DNA from: Candidatus Heimdallarchaeum aukensis
GTDB taxonomy: Archaea; Asgardarchaeota; Heimdallarchaeia; Heimdallarchaeales; Heimdallarchaeaceae
Reading direction: 5' to 3'
DNA: 64,000 bases
Assembly (NCBI GenBank): GCA_021513695.1
Contig: CP084166.1
Coordinates: 1,088,001 to 1,152,000 of the forward strand
A program made the translations under genes and the position numbers. Under the pieces are notes generated by a model. The model had not been told where the DNA came from. It did not search any database and saw nothing but the letters and a program-made list of their open reading frames with translations. Shown piece by piece: positions 38,574 to 49,418 of this stretch. Every line of letters starts with the position of its first letter. Within the stretch, counting starts at the first letter, position 1.

Positions 38574-39596
38574 ATGGGTTCGTTTCTAGATTTTTTCTAT
38601 GCATTAGCAAATTATAGTTGGATGCAAAGGGCCTTTTATACTGCTTTGATAGTAGGAATTGTTGGTGGAATTATTGGAGTTTTTATTTTGTTGAAGGGAA
38701 TGGTATTTCTAGGTCAAGCAATTGCTCATACGGCTTTTGCTGGTGCAGCTCTTGCTATTTTATTAGGGATAGAACCTTTATACATAATAATTATTTTTGG
38801 AGTTATTGCTGCATTGGGTGTAGGGTACGTTAATGAGAAGAAAATTATGAAGGAAGATATAATCATCGGTGTAATTTTCACTTTTTTCATGGCATTAGCT
38901 ATAATATTCATCACTCTAAATAAGCAATATAGTACTGATGTCAATGCTATTTTGTTTGGAAACATCTTATTGGTTTCAAAGCTTAATTTTGTCGTCTTAA
39001 TTATAACTTTAGGAATAGTTGGGGTGTTGATTCTTGGATTAAAGAAAGAGTATTATCTTATAACATTCAATTCTGATATAGCTACAGTTTCTGGAATACC
39101 TGTAAAATTATTAGAATATCTTTTACTTATATTACTTGCATTAACAATAGATGTATCTCTTAAAGCTATTGGAGCGATTTTAGTTTTTGCCATGATTGTT
39201 ACTCCAGCTGCAGCAGCTTATCAATGGACTTTCAAGATTAACAAAATGCTACTGCTATCGTCATTGATCGGAGTGATTTCTAGCATAGGAGGGTTGTTCC
39301 TTTCCTATCTCTTAAATCTGTCAAGTGGTGCAACTATAGTAAGCTTATCTACCTTGATTTTTCTCTTTTCTTTCATAATGTCACCAAAACGTATCAAAAC
39401 AGGTTTTACTACAGCTGAATGTAAATTCTGTAGACATGTGATTAATGGAGAAAGTTACTGTTTAGATGAACCAGAGTGTAGAGCTTTAGATATTCCTCAT
39501 TACCATGATGATAAGGGAATAATTATTTTGAAAAAGGACATTAAACCTCTCTCCACTCCAACAAAACATAAACATGACAAAGAGGAGGAGAAATAG
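38574..39596 (+). CDS. metal ABC transporter permease (ZnuB/TroC, ABC-3 family) with Cys/His-rich C-terminal tail
   Basis: An 8-9 TM ABC-3 pattern (QAIAHTAFAGAALA). The tail is CKFCRHVINGESYCLDEPEC...HYHDD...KHKHD. Confidence 0.7.
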   Translation: MGSFLDFFYALANYSWMQRAFYTALIVGIVGGIIGVFILLKGMVFLGQAIAHTAFAGAALAILLGIEPLYIIIIFGVIAALGVGYVNEKKIMKEDIIIGVIFTFFMALAIIFITLNKQYSTDVNAILFGNILLVSKLNFVVLIITLGIVGVLILGLKKEYYLITFNSDIATVSGIPVKLLEYLLLILLALTIDVSLKAIGAILVFAMIVTPAAAAYQWTFKINKMLLLSSLIGVISSIGGLFLSYLLNLSSGATIVSLSTLIFLFSFIMSPKRIKTGFTTAECKFCRHVINGESYCLDEPECRALDIPHYHDDKGIIILKKDIKPLSTPTKHKHDKEEEK

Positions 39597-40367
39597 ATGC
39601 AGCTCAAACAAGAATCTAATAACTTAACTTCAAATAGAGATCACTCAGATGTAATTGTATGTCTCAAAGATGTTTCTGTTGCTTATGGGAAGAACATAGC
39701 TTTATACAAAATTAACTTAGATATAGAAAAAGGAGAATTTATTGGAATTGTTGGCCCTAATGGAAGCGGGAAAACTACCTTACTCAAAACTGTTCTTGGG
39801 TTAATTAAACCTATTCAAGGAAATATACGCCTTTTCAATCAAAACATAGATGGAAAGATACCCAGAGAGATTAAGAATAAAATAAGCTATATTCCTCAAT
39901 TTACACCCTTTGATAAGAACTTTCCTGCTTTAGTTGAAGATGTTGTTATGATGGGAAGATATAACAAAATAGGTATGTTCAGGGTTCCTTCTAAAGAAGA
40001 TAGAGAGAGAGTAAAACACGCTTTAGAGCTTGTAAAAATGGATAACATGGCACATAGACCTATAGGACATTTAAGTGGAGGTCAACAACAGAAGGTAATG
40101 ATTGCACAAGCTCTTGCTACTTCTCCATCCATACTCCTACTTGATGAACCAACATCAGCATTGGACTTTAAAATGACTAAAAACGTGATGGACATACTTA
40201 CCCAACTTAATAAGACATATGGAATTACAATAGTAACAATTCACCATAATTTAAGAATAATTAAAGAATATACAAAACGAGTAATAGCAATCAACAAAAC
40301 TCTTGTTTATGATGGATCACCCAATGACTCCCAATTTGATGAGATAATTGATGAAATGTACATCTAA
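39597..40367 (+). CDS. metal ABC transporter ATP-binding protein (ZnuC/TroB-like)
   Basis: Walker A GPNGSGKTT, signature LSGGQQQKV, Walker B LLLDEPTSALD and an H-loop IHHN. Confidence 0.85.
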   Translation: MQLKQESNNLTSNRDHSDVIVCLKDVSVAYGKNIALYKINLDIEKGEFIGIVGPNGSGKTTLLKTVLGLIKPIQGNIRLFNQNIDGKIPREIKNKISYIPQFTPFDKNFPALVEDVVMMGRYNKIGMFRVPSKEDRERVKHALELVKMDNMAHRPIGHLSGGQQQKVMIAQALATSPSILLLDEPTSALDFKMTKNVMDILTQLNKTYGITIVTIHHNLRIIKEYTKRVIAINKTLVYDGSPNDSQFDEIIDEMYI

Positions 40368-40572
40368 CCTTTTTTTATTTTATTTTTTTCAAAAATATTT
40401 ATATTCCACCTTCTAATAGTTATCAAATCAGTAAAATATATGCAAAAAATGATTGCAATGGATAGTGGATTTGTTGCTTTATTAGTTATTATCGTCATTA
40501 GTGGATCATTGTTAATTTATGATCTATTTAAATTCGTAATTACAATAAAAAAAGAGATCGCGAGAAGAAAAA

Positions 40573-41349
40573 ATGTCCCAGAAAAAAACTGAATTCCTTG
40601 AACCTGTTTTATCTAATGATTTAATAGTCACATTAAACGCTGCAATTGGTGAGCGAATGCTAATTTTAGCAGGCAGCTGTACAGCTTTTTTTGATGGAAG
40701 AATAAAGTCTACTTTAGAATTAGGAGAGAGGATATTAATAATTAAAAAAGACCTATCCATATTAATGCATGGAGTTTCAGGGGTAAAACCTTTAAATTGG
40801 CAAAAGCCAAATCAAGGGCCAATTTCATTTCTAAAAGAGAAAAATGAATTAGTTATGTACACAAAAAGGAAAAAAACAGAAGAAGAGTTATGGATTAGAT
40901 TTCGTTCTATTGATTTTGTTATTTTATGGTCAGGTAGCGATTTTTCTTCTTTAGAGATTTATGGGGATGAATCTGACCTTGTTCAATATCTCGTAAAACA
41001 TCCCTCAATAATTGAAAAGGATTTGCAAATTCTTTCTACAGAATACCCAACTGATGTAGGATTTGTTGACATTAAAGCTCTTGATAGCAAGAAAAGACTG
41101 ATTATTATTGAAGTAAAAAAACGTAACGCTACACCTTCAGATGCTTTTCAGTTAAAAAGATATAAGGACTATTTTGAAAATATCGAAAATAAAAAAATTA
41201 GAGCTATACTTGTTGCTCCTTCTTTCCCTGACAAAGTAAAAAAATATTTAGAGATAAATAACTTAGAATTTCAAGAAGTAGATTGGAAAAACATCTTTCC
41301 CACTATTTCTAGAGAAAAAAATATGAAAATTGATGATTTCTTTTTCTGA
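40573..41349 (+). CDS. nucS: NucS/EndoMS mismatch-specific endonuclease (RecB-like nuclease C-terminal domain)
   Basis: The 258-aa protein's C-terminal GFVDIKALDSKKRLIIIEVKKRNAT...FQLKRY matches the NucS D...E.K and QxxxY motifs. Its last codons and stop lie inside the left end of IS copy 2. Confidence 0.6.
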   Translation: MSQKKTEFLEPVLSNDLIVTLNAAIGERMLILAGSCTAFFDGRIKSTLELGERILIIKKDLSILMHGVSGVKPLNWQKPNQGPISFLKEKNELVMYTKRKKTEEELWIRFRSIDFVILWSGSDFSSLEIYGDESDLVQYLVKHPSIIEKDLQILSTEYPTDVGFVDIKALDSKKRLIIIEVKKRNATPSDAFQLKRYKDYFENIENKKIRAILVAPSFPDKVKKYLEINNLEFQEVDWKNIFPTISREKNMKIDDFFF

Positions 41350-42844
41350 AATTATGAAGTTATAGAAAAAGTTGAAAAAAGAAGAAAGAAAGGGAGAGGA
41401 AAGAAAGCGGAGGAGAGAGGAAAGGAGGGAAAATGAGGAGTTTAAATAGTGAAAAAAAGTAAAAATGAATGAATGAGAAAATGAGGAAAAAGGTGTGGCG
41501 AACTGAGGAAATATGGGGGAAAGAATCGATCACTCTAAAGCAGTTGGCACACCAGGTAAAAAACTTGTATAATCAAGCAAATTACATTATTAAGTATCAG
41601 TTAAGAAAAAGTAAATATTTCACGAGAGAGTTCGAACTGATGAATATTTTAAGGTATCACCCGACCTACACAGCACTACCTGGTCATACGGCACAACAGA
41701 CGATAAAGTTTCTATGTTTAGCGTGGAAAGGGTATTTTAGGTCTTTAGAAGAATGCAAAAAAGAACCAGAAAAGTTTAATGGTAAACCCCGTCCTCCAAA
41801 ATAGAAGAAGAAAGATGGACTTGCTATAATCTATTTTACTAACTCTCAAGTGAAAATTAAAGAAGAAAAAGAGCAAGAAAAAGAAAAATTTTTTATCTCT
41901 TTCCCTAAACGTGTAGGACTAAAGATAGTTACAAGACTGTGTCCTTCAACGAAAGTGAAGTTTGCCCGTCTTATACCTATGGGAACGAAATTTAAATTAG
42001 AGATAGTTTACGAGAAAGAGATAGAAGAACGAAAAAAACGACATGCAGAAAGAGTTCTAGCTCTTGATCTGGGAGTGAATAACCTTGTAGGCGGGTTAAC
42101 CACTATTCCTGGTGAAAAAGGTTTTCTGATAAATGGTAGACCCATTAAAGCTGTTAATCAGTGGTTTAATAAACGTAGGGCAAAATTACAGTCAATCTAT
42201 GACAAGCAAGGATTAAACACCTGGGGAAGAAAAATGCTTACTCTCCAGTTAGAACGAATGTGTAAAATAGCTGACTATTTCCATAAAGCAAGTAGGAAGA
42301 TAATAGACTACTGTTTAGAAAAAAACATTGATACGATAGTTATAGGTTACAACCCCAGATGGAAACAGAAAGTGAATATGGGAAAGAAAAATAACCAAAC
42401 CTTTGTTTTTATCCCCTTTAAATCCCTCATTGATAAAATCACTTACAAAGCAGAAGAAAAAGGGATAAAAGTTATTCCTACCGAAGAGTCCTACACCTCT
42501 GTCTGCAGTTTCTTAGATAATGAAGAGATAGCTTTTCACCCCCATTATGCTGGCAAAAGAACTCACCGTGGACTGTTCATCAGTACCAGAGGATTAAAAA
42601 TTAATGCTGATATCAACTCTGCAGGTAATATCGGTCGCAAAGTATTCCCCACGTTATTCTCTGTTATGTTTAACTACGGGATAGTCTGGGCTGCAGTGGT
42701 TCACCCCGTCCGTTGGAAAATAAGTTAGCAAGTTAAGTTAGTCCAGCTCTTATGCTGTTCTTTCTCTTTCTTTTTTTCCACCGACTAAACTTCCTCCTCC
42801 TTCCGATTTTTAATCTAAATCGGAATTTAGGAAAAAGTAAACCA
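41338..42844 (+). mobile_element. TnpB-only IS200/IS605-like element, copy 2
   Basis: Paralogous to 31172..32682. It has the same purine-rich left end and the right-end hairpin at 42803..42823. Confidence 0.65.
41469..42728 (+). pseudogene. tnpB: tnpB copy 2, interrupted by an in-frame TAG (PPK* instead of PPRYKKK) near 41802
   Basis: ORFs of 111 aa and 292 aa. RuvC-I LDLGVNNL, RuvC-II EESYTS and RuvC-III NADINSAGNI are intact, with no zinc finger. A 3-nt deletion plus substitution creates a stop relative to copy 1. Confidence 0.6.
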
Positions 42845-42860
42845 TGATTTTTTTTAAGAA

Positions 42861-43172
42861 TCATTCTGTTATACATTCTGCTTCAGGAATAATTATCCAA
42901 GCAATAACATATGCTATAAATAATGATGTCCCACTAGCAAAAAAAAGCAATATTGCCAGCAATCTAACCAATGAAACATCCATATTAGAATAGATCGCAA
43001 GTCCAGAACACACTCCGCCTAGTACTTTATTGTTAGCACATCTAAATAATTTATTTGATTGAGGGTAATAAGTCGAAGATGGAACGGTTTGCTCTTCTTC
43101 AAATTGGCGCCCACATTTTTGACAAAACAATGACCCCGGGGGGTTATCTGTACCACATTGTTCACAAATCAC
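42861..43172 (-). CDS. zinc-ribbon + PspC-domain membrane protein
   Basis: N-terminal CEQCG...CQKCG ribbon, then a PspC motif (NKVLGGVCSGLA-Y-N-DV-LVRLLAILL) and a TM helix. Confidence 0.6.
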   Translation of the reverse strand: MICEQCGTDNPPGSLFCQKCGRQFEEEQTVPSSTYYPQSNKLFRCANNKVLGGVCSGLAIYSNMDVSLVRLLAILLFFASGTSLFIAYVIAWIIIPEAECITE

Positions 43173-43377
43173 ACAATCACCACTATCTAATGAATTTCTA
43201 GAGATATAAATCTATTCAAATAAAACAGGATAAATTCTTTTCAAACTTAAAATTAAGCATTTTTTAGCTAGTATATGAAATTGAAATTAATTATTTTTGT
43301 AGCAAGTTTTTGCTTATTATTATAAGCCTCTAATTAACAAATAGTAAAATTTTAAATAAAAGTGATAATTCTGTCAT

Positions 43378-44394
43378 TTGATGTCTGATATTCCTTTTAT
43401 TATTATTAACCCCCAAGCTCGTTCTGGTAAAATAGGTAAAAAACTTGAAGAGATAAAGAAAAAGTTCAAACAATATCTTGGGGAATTTGAGTATGAGTTA
43501 ACACAAGGTCCTTTAGATGAAATAAGAATAGCAACAGAAGCTATAGAAAAAGGATTTAAGAAAATACTTGTTTGTGGCGGAGATGGTACAGCAACAAACA
43601 CTGGAGATGCAATCATAAATTCAGGAAATAAAGATGTGGTTCTAGGTTTAATAAGTGCAGGAAGCATGTGTGACTGGCATAAAACCCATTCAATTCCCTT
43701 TAATATGGATGAAAGTTTACAAATTATCGCAGAAGGACATTACGAATCTTTTCCTGCTATGAAATGCATAGGAGACAAAACTTACTACTCTTTTGACATG
43801 GCTGATGGTGGTTTCACTGGCGCAGCAGCTGCAGCAGCACATCATGAAGTGAAATGGATCAAGAATGGAGACATAAAATACTTATGGTTAGCTCTTAAAT
43901 ATGTTCTAGTATCAAAAAACACTAAAGCCAAAATTACTATTGACGACAGAGAACCAATAGAAATAAATGATTTCACAAATCTTATCGTTGCCTTTGGAGA
44001 TGAAATTGTAGGATTTAAAGTTCTTCCTGGAAATGACTATTTCTCAAGAGTTAACAAAGATTTAGGTGTTTTTGTTCTTCACAAACTCAAAGGGTTTAGA
44101 AGAATTATTATGCTAATTAGGGCATTAAGCGCAAAGCATGTAGGTAAAAAAGGTGTTTGGTTAACAAGAGGAAGAAAAGTAGTCATAGAAACCGAGAGAC
44201 CTATTCCCTGGGAAGCAGAAGGAGAGATATTTAACGAAAAATCTCACACAGTAACAATTGAATATGTAGAAGATGCTCTGAAACTATTCGTTCCAAAGAA
44301 CAGAACTTACAATGATAAAATAGACGAAAATATCTACAATGAGCCTTTTGAAAATTCATTCAAAAAAAGAAAAGTAGAAATTTATAAAAAATAA
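43378..44394 (+). CDS. DAGK_cat-family lipid kinase (YegS/BmrU-like)
   Basis: It begins IIINPQARSGK and has the VCGGDGT catalytic motif. Length is 338 aa. Confidence 0.6.
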   Translation: MMSDIPFIIINPQARSGKIGKKLEEIKKKFKQYLGEFEYELTQGPLDEIRIATEAIEKGFKKILVCGGDGTATNTGDAIINSGNKDVVLGLISAGSMCDWHKTHSIPFNMDESLQIIAEGHYESFPAMKCIGDKTYYSFDMADGGFTGAAAAAAHHEVKWIKNGDIKYLWLALKYVLVSKNTKAKITIDDREPIEINDFTNLIVAFGDEIVGFKVLPGNDYFSRVNKDLGVFVLHKLKGFRRIIMLIRALSAKHVGKKGVWLTRGRKVVIETERPIPWEAEGEIFNEKSHTVTIEYVEDALKLFVPKNRTYNDKIDENIYNEPFENSFKKRKVEIYKK

Positions 44395-44396
44395 TT

Positions 44397-46352
44397 CTAC
44401 TTTTTATTTTCTAACTTTTTTGACCAAGTATCTTTTAATGTAATTATTCTGTTGAAAACTAAATTGTCTTTTGTCGTATCATTATCAATAATGAAATAGC
44501 CCAGTCTTTCGAATTGATATCTTGACCCGATTTCTGCTTTTGCGAGGAATGATTCAACAAAACCCTTGACGATTCTTAATGAATCAGGGTTTATGTAATC
44601 AGTGAAATCTTTTCCTTCCTCTACATCTAAAGGATTTTCTTTCATGAATAATCTATCATATAACCTTATTTCAGCTGGAATAGCATTCTTCTCAGATATC
44701 CAATGGATACTTACTTTTACTTCTGGGTCGTCTTTAGTAGAATTTGATTTTGAATCTGGGTCATAAGAACAGTGTAACTCTTTGATTTTGCCTGTTTTTT
44801 CATCTTTTATTACTTTCTCACATTTTATTGTATAGCTGTATTTTAACTTAACTTTTCGTCCAGGTGCGAGTCTGTAGAAATCTTCAGGAGGTTCTTCTTC
44901 AAAGTCGCTATTATCGATATAGATTACTTTACTGAAAGTTATCGTTCTTTTACCCATTTCTTTGTTTCGAGTATGGTTATCAACTTCGATTTTTTCTTCT
45001 TTATCTTCTGGATAATTAGTTATTATAACTTTTAAGGGTTCAATTACACTCATAACTCTTGGACATCGTTCTTCTAGATCTTCTCTTATGTAATGTTCTA
45101 AAATTGATAAATCAACTATTCTTTCTCTTTTGGATACACCTATACCATCGGTGAACTTCTTTATTGCTTCAGGAGTAACTCCTCGTCTTCTGAAGGCAGC
45201 TATCGTAGGCATACGGGGGTCATCCCAACCATCAACATATCCTTCATTTACTAAGCGTAGCAATTTTCTTTTACTCATCACAGTATAAGAAAGATTTAAT
45301 CTGGCAAACTCTATTTGCTGTGGATGAAAGATTGGATTACCTTCTTCATCTTCTAATTGATCAAGAAACCAATCGTACAATTCTCTATGTACCTCAAATT
45401 CCAAGGTACAAATAGAATGAGTTATTCCTTCAATAGAGTCTTCTAAACCATGAGCCCAATCATATAATGGATATATACACCATTTATCCCCAGTGTTATG
45501 GTGAGTTTTATGTAATATTCTGTAAATTATAGGATCCCTCATTAAGAGGTTAGGGTGTGACATATCAATTTTAGCTCGTAAGACTTTTTCTCCATCAGCG
45601 AACTCTCCGTTCTTCATTCTTTCAAATAAATCGAGATTTTCTTCTATGCTTCTATTTCTATATGGGCTCTCTTTTCCTGGTTCTGTTACTGTCCCTCTTA
45701 ATTTCCTTATTTCCTCAACACTCAAATCGTCAACATACGCTTTCCCTTTTTTAATTAGTTGAACTGCATACCCATATAATTGGTCAAAATAATCAGAAGC
45801 AAAGAAGAGTCTATCTTCCCAATCAGCTCCTAGCCATTTAACATCCTCAATAATTGATTTCACGTATTCTTCCTCTTCAGTAATAGGATTAGTGTCATCA
45901 AACCTGAGGTTGAATTTACCATTATACTCTTTTGCTATCCCATAATTGAGGTTAACAGAAACAGCATGTCCAATATGTAGGTACCCATTTGGTTCTGGAG
46001 GAAAACGAGTATGAACTCTTCCATTATATTTACCCGTTTTCATATCTTCGTTTATTATTTTACGGATGAAATCAACTTCTTTTGTCTCTTTTACTTCTTC
46101 TTTTTCTTCCGAAAGTAGCTCAGGGTATTTGCGTTGAATAAGTTGCTTAGTTTCATCTAGAGGTTGTGCATTGAGTTTTTCTATCATTTTATGTGCAATT
46201 TCCTTCAATTCTTTTGCACGACCTCGAAACTCTGGATGGTTTGACATTAATTTACCCATCACAGCGCTAAGTTTCGCGTTGCCAAATTCTAGAATATTCT
46301 CTAGTACATATTTTTCAATGATGTCTTCTTCGGAATTCATTGTGACATACAT
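44397..46352 (-). CDS. glnS: glutaminyl-tRNA synthetase (class I, GlnRS-type) with ~100-aa N-terminal extension
   Basis: [44 protein letters not shown] is nearly identical in pattern to the bacterial/eukaryotic GlnRS HIGH region. A KMSKR motif (VMSKRK) is also present. Length is 651 aa. Confidence 0.7.
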   Translation of the reverse strand: MYVTMNSEEDIIEKYVLENILEFGNAKLSAVMGKLMSNHPEFRGRAKELKEIAHKMIEKLNAQPLDETKQLIQRKYPELLSEEKEEVKETKEVDFIRKIINEDMKTGKYNGRVHTRFPPEPNGYLHIGHAVSVNLNYGIAKEYNGKFNLRFDDTNPITEEEEYVKSIIEDVKWLGADWEDRLFFASDYFDQLYGYAVQLIKKGKAYVDDLSVEEIRKLRGTVTEPGKESPYRNRSIEENLDLFERMKNGEFADGEKVLRAKIDMSHPNLLMRDPIIYRILHKTHHNTGDKWCIYPLYDWAHGLEDSIEGITHSICTLEFEVHRELYDWFLDQLEDEEGNPIFHPQQIEFARLNLSYTVMSKRKLLRLVNEGYVDGWDDPRMPTIAAFRRRGVTPEAIKKFTDGIGVSKRERIVDLSILEHYIREDLEERCPRVMSVIEPLKVIITNYPEDKEEKIEVDNHTRNKEMGKRTITFSKVIYIDNSDFEEEPPEDFYRLAPGRKVKLKYSYTIKCEKVIKDEKTGKIKELHCSYDPDSKSNSTKDDPEVKVSIHWISEKNAIPAEIRLYDRLFMKENPLDVEEGKDFTDYINPDSLRIVKGFVESFLAKAEIGSRYQFERLGYFIIDNDTTKDNLVFNRIITLKDTWSKKLENKK

Positions 46353-46513
46353 TAAATTTTCATCAAATTAAAATCTTTAGTCTTTAGTTAAAAGAGAGTT
46401 AAACATAAAGGTGTTTAAATTACTTTTTCCTCCTTAGGAAGTTTTGACTTAGATATCACTATTTTGCAAAAAAAAGAATGAATTATTACAAGTTAAACAA
46501 GAAACACTTCGTA

Positions 46514-47713
46514 CTACCCTATTAGTGGTTGAGGAGCATGAGTTAATTGTTTTACTTTTGATTGTTCAATCGCATAAGTATTTTCTGAACCCAAAGTCAT
46601 CCTATTTGGAAAGATCAATTTGGGTTCAACTGCGAGAACATTTCCTTCTTGAATCACATAGTCAGACCTTTTAATTATAACTGGCAAATCATTTAACTCT
46701 AAACCAACTCCATGAGCAAGAAAGGGTATTTGTCCTCCTAACATCATTGTTTTATCTAATCCTAGTTCTTTAGCGAATTCATAGGACGCCATATAAATTT
46801 CAGAAACTTTCTTTCCTACTTTTAATAACTCTGCTACCTTTTTCTCACACAGCCAAGACTGATAGTATAATTCTTTGATAGAATCAGATGGATTACCAAA
46901 AACATAGCATCTTGTTTCATCAGCAATGTAGCCTTTATAGGTTGCAGAAATGTCAACGAGCACTATTTCATCTTGTTTTATCTTTTTCTTACTAGGTCCC
47001 CAAGGATTTGATTGATGTAGCCCTGGGCCAGCAGTTGCAGTTAATGTATAGCTAGAAATACCTGTGTTAATTCCTGATAGAACAATTCCATTTCCACCTG
47101 CTTCTGTATAAAAATCTCTGCTTCGTACTGAAGCTTGAGCTCCATTTTTCCTCATTTCGGCATATAATAATCCACTTGCTTCTATCTCTGTCATCCCAGG
47201 TTTTATTATTTCTAGGACTTTTGAATGAACTTCATCTAAAATTTTAGCAGCTTTAGCAATCTGATTGATTTCATTTTTAGACTTTGATGCACGTAATTCT
47301 CGTAATACTCTACCAATAGATGTAGTCTTTTTCTCAGGAAATAGTTTTGCTAATTTTTGAAATAGATCATAGGGTAAAACATCTCCTTCCAGACCGATTA
47401 ATCCTTCTTTTCCAAGCTCAAACTCTTTTTTTTCTAAATGGTTAATTATCTCATTTGTTCTTCGAATTGGGACAATATTCTCGATAATTGTTTCTTCTTT
47501 TATTCTATCTAGCACCCTTCTAGCAAAAAGTATACTCTCTCCTTCTTGGGGAATGAATAACAGACAGGATTGTCCTGTTCCTGAATAATAATAGAGATCT
47601 GACTTATATTGAATGATAGAAAAGTCAATATCTAGTTCAGCCAATTTTTTTTGCAAACGTTGAATCCTTTCTTCAAACTCTTCTTTTGGAATATCATCTT
47701 TTTCTAAAATCAT
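46514..47713 (-). CDS. M24-family metallopeptidase (Xaa-Pro aminopeptidase/prolidase-like)
   Basis: N-terminal creatinase-like domain plus a C-terminal pita-bread domain (DISATYKGYIADETRCY, HGVGLELND). Confidence 0.65.
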   Translation of the reverse strand: MILEKDDIPKEEFEERIQRLQKKLAELDIDFSIIQYKSDLYYYSGTGQSCLLFIPQEGESILFARRVLDRIKEETIIENIVPIRRTNEIINHLEKKEFELGKEGLIGLEGDVLPYDLFQKLAKLFPEKKTTSIGRVLRELRASKSKNEINQIAKAAKILDEVHSKVLEIIKPGMTEIEASGLLYAEMRKNGAQASVRSRDFYTEAGGNGIVLSGINTGISSYTLTATAGPGLHQSNPWGPSKKKIKQDEIVLVDISATYKGYIADETRCYVFGNPSDSIKELYYQSWLCEKKVAELLKVGKKVSEIYMASYEFAKELGLDKTMMLGGQIPFLAHGVGLELNDLPVIIKRSDYVIQEGNVLAVEPKLIFPNRMTLGSENTYAIEQSKVKQLTHAPQPLIG

Positions 47714-47765
47714 TAAGTTTCAAAAAAAAATGTATGTTAAAATACTTTCGAAAGGTATTTTGTTC

Positions 47766-48425
47766 TTAAACTATCTTTACCCATCTGGGTTCATACTCAT
47801 ATTTTGCAAATTTCACTCTTATTAGCTGAGTTGGACCTTTTTCTAGGTCATCTTCTCTTCTTGTTTCAACCATCATATCGGCAATACTATGAAGAGAACG
47901 CTCTATTTGCTCATCCATTACGCCTTTGTCCAATACTAGTAAAGCACATTGGTTTCTAAGTCTAATTCTAGCTGCAACAGTTTGGATAAAATTAATCACT
48001 TGCATGGGATCATTATAGAGCATTAATAGAGAAAATTGATCAAAAACTATTCTTAACTTATCACTCTGTTGAGAACGCTCGTTAATACTTACAGAAATTG
48101 ACAACAGATCATTTGCTTTCTCAACAATTATGGTATTAGGCGTTTTCTCTTTGGGTAGGGCCCTAAATGAAAAAACATCAATAAAATTTAATCTTCCTTT
48201 CTCTATATGTTCGTCTATGTTATCTATACGCTTTTTTAGAATATTGAGTGTATCAAGAGCAGAGTTAGCATATAATACTAAAAGAACAGAATCACCATTA
48301 TTCAATCCATCTTCTATGAATCTGTACATCATTTCTCTTTTAGACGTACCAGATTCTCCTGTCATTAAAATGAGTGAGGAATCTATGGATCGTGTTAAGA
48401 TATCTATTCTTGTTTTAACTGACAT
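47766..48425 (-). CDS. KaiC/RadA-like RecA-superfamily ATPase with degenerate P-loop
   Basis: GESGTSKREM (Walker A-like, lacking the usual GKT) and DGLNNGDSVLLV blocks. Length is 219 aa. Confidence 0.45.
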   Translation of the reverse strand: MSVKTRIDILTRSIDSSLILMTGESGTSKREMMYRFIEDGLNNGDSVLLVLYANSALDTLNILKKRIDNIDEHIEKGRLNFIDVFSFRALPKEKTPNTIIVEKANDLLSISVSINERSQQSDKLRIVFDQFSLLMLYNDPMQVINFIQTVAARIRLRNQCALLVLDKGVMDEQIERSLHSIADMMVETRREDDLEKGPTQLIRVKFAKYEYEPRWVKIV

Positions 48426-48442
48426 ACATACTAACCCTCTAT

Positions 48443-49177
48443 TTATTTGCTCATAGCTTTATAAGCTTCTTGACAGAATGTTAATGCTTCTGAAATGAGA
48501 TTACTTTTATCTACGTTTTGAGAACCTAAACGTAGTTTGAAACAAGTATGTACTACTTCAGAAGGTAAGTTATCAGCATACTTTTCTTTGATAAGGTCTT
48601 GAACATTGCTTCTATAGAATTCTGTTTCACCATTATAATACATAAAAGCACAAGCGCAGCCTAAAACAGCATCTACAGTCATATAAATTGCTTGATATTC
48701 ATCTTCTGGAGGATATAACACTAGATCTTTCATTTGGTTATAAAATTCTGTTCCCATTGCTCTTGCTGATTCTTTTATTGCATCTTCAGTAACCTTTAAA
48801 GCTGAAAATGGGTTTTTTCCAATCAGTTCTCTTCCTTTTTGGGCTAAAAGGATTTGAGTAGCAGGTAACGATGAAATTGAAGAAGCTTCTAAAACTTTAA
48901 CATCAATTAATGAAGCAAATAATGGGTCTTCCAAATATTTAGTAATTATTTTACCCAATTTACTAATTGTTTTTTCCCACTTATTTTTTGTTGCAAATTT
49001 TTCATCAATTATTACTAAAAAGTCACAGTCGGATTCTCCTGCGATGTGTACGTTGTCAACTACACTTCCAACTAGAAGAAGACTTTTTACTTCTTTCTCA
49101 AGTTGCTCTTTTATATCCTTAGAAAACTCATCGATCAAACTTTGATATTCATCTCTTGTAAAGCCCATTTCTTTCAC
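48443..49177 (-). CDS. Pol-beta-type nucleotidyltransferase-domain protein
   Basis: LLLVGSVVDNVHIAGESDCDFLVIID fits GS-x(9-13)-DxD. Confidence 0.5.
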   Translation of the reverse strand: MKEMGFTRDEYQSLIDEFSKDIKEQLEKEVKSLLLVGSVVDNVHIAGESDCDFLVIIDEKFATKNKWEKTISKLGKIITKYLEDPLFASLIDVKVLEASSISSLPATQILLAQKGRELIGKNPFSALKVTEDAIKESARAMGTEFYNQMKDLVLYPPEDEYQAIYMTVDAVLGCACAFMYYNGETEFYRSNVQDLIKEKYADNLPSEVVHTCFKLRLGSQNVDKSNLISEALTFCQEAYKAMSK

Positions 49178-49418
49178 CTTTTTATTTATGCGAACATGTT
49201 TTTATATACTATAAATAATTTACTGATTATAATAATTTTTTCTGTTTTACCGTAAAAATAGAGAAAAAAAGTATAATGACGAAGGAATAATAGGCAAAAA
49301 CAGTTTTTTCTCAATACTGGAAGCAAAAAACAAATAACCCCCACAATTTAGCATATCATATTAGGGAAAACGCTTAATTATATTATGATAAAATTAATTA
49401 ATATACAGCTTTTTCTAT

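Noticed and set aside
40524-40760. Minus-strand 78-aa ORF overlapping the nucS 5' region
   Set aside because: It is antisense to the motif-supported NucS CDS.
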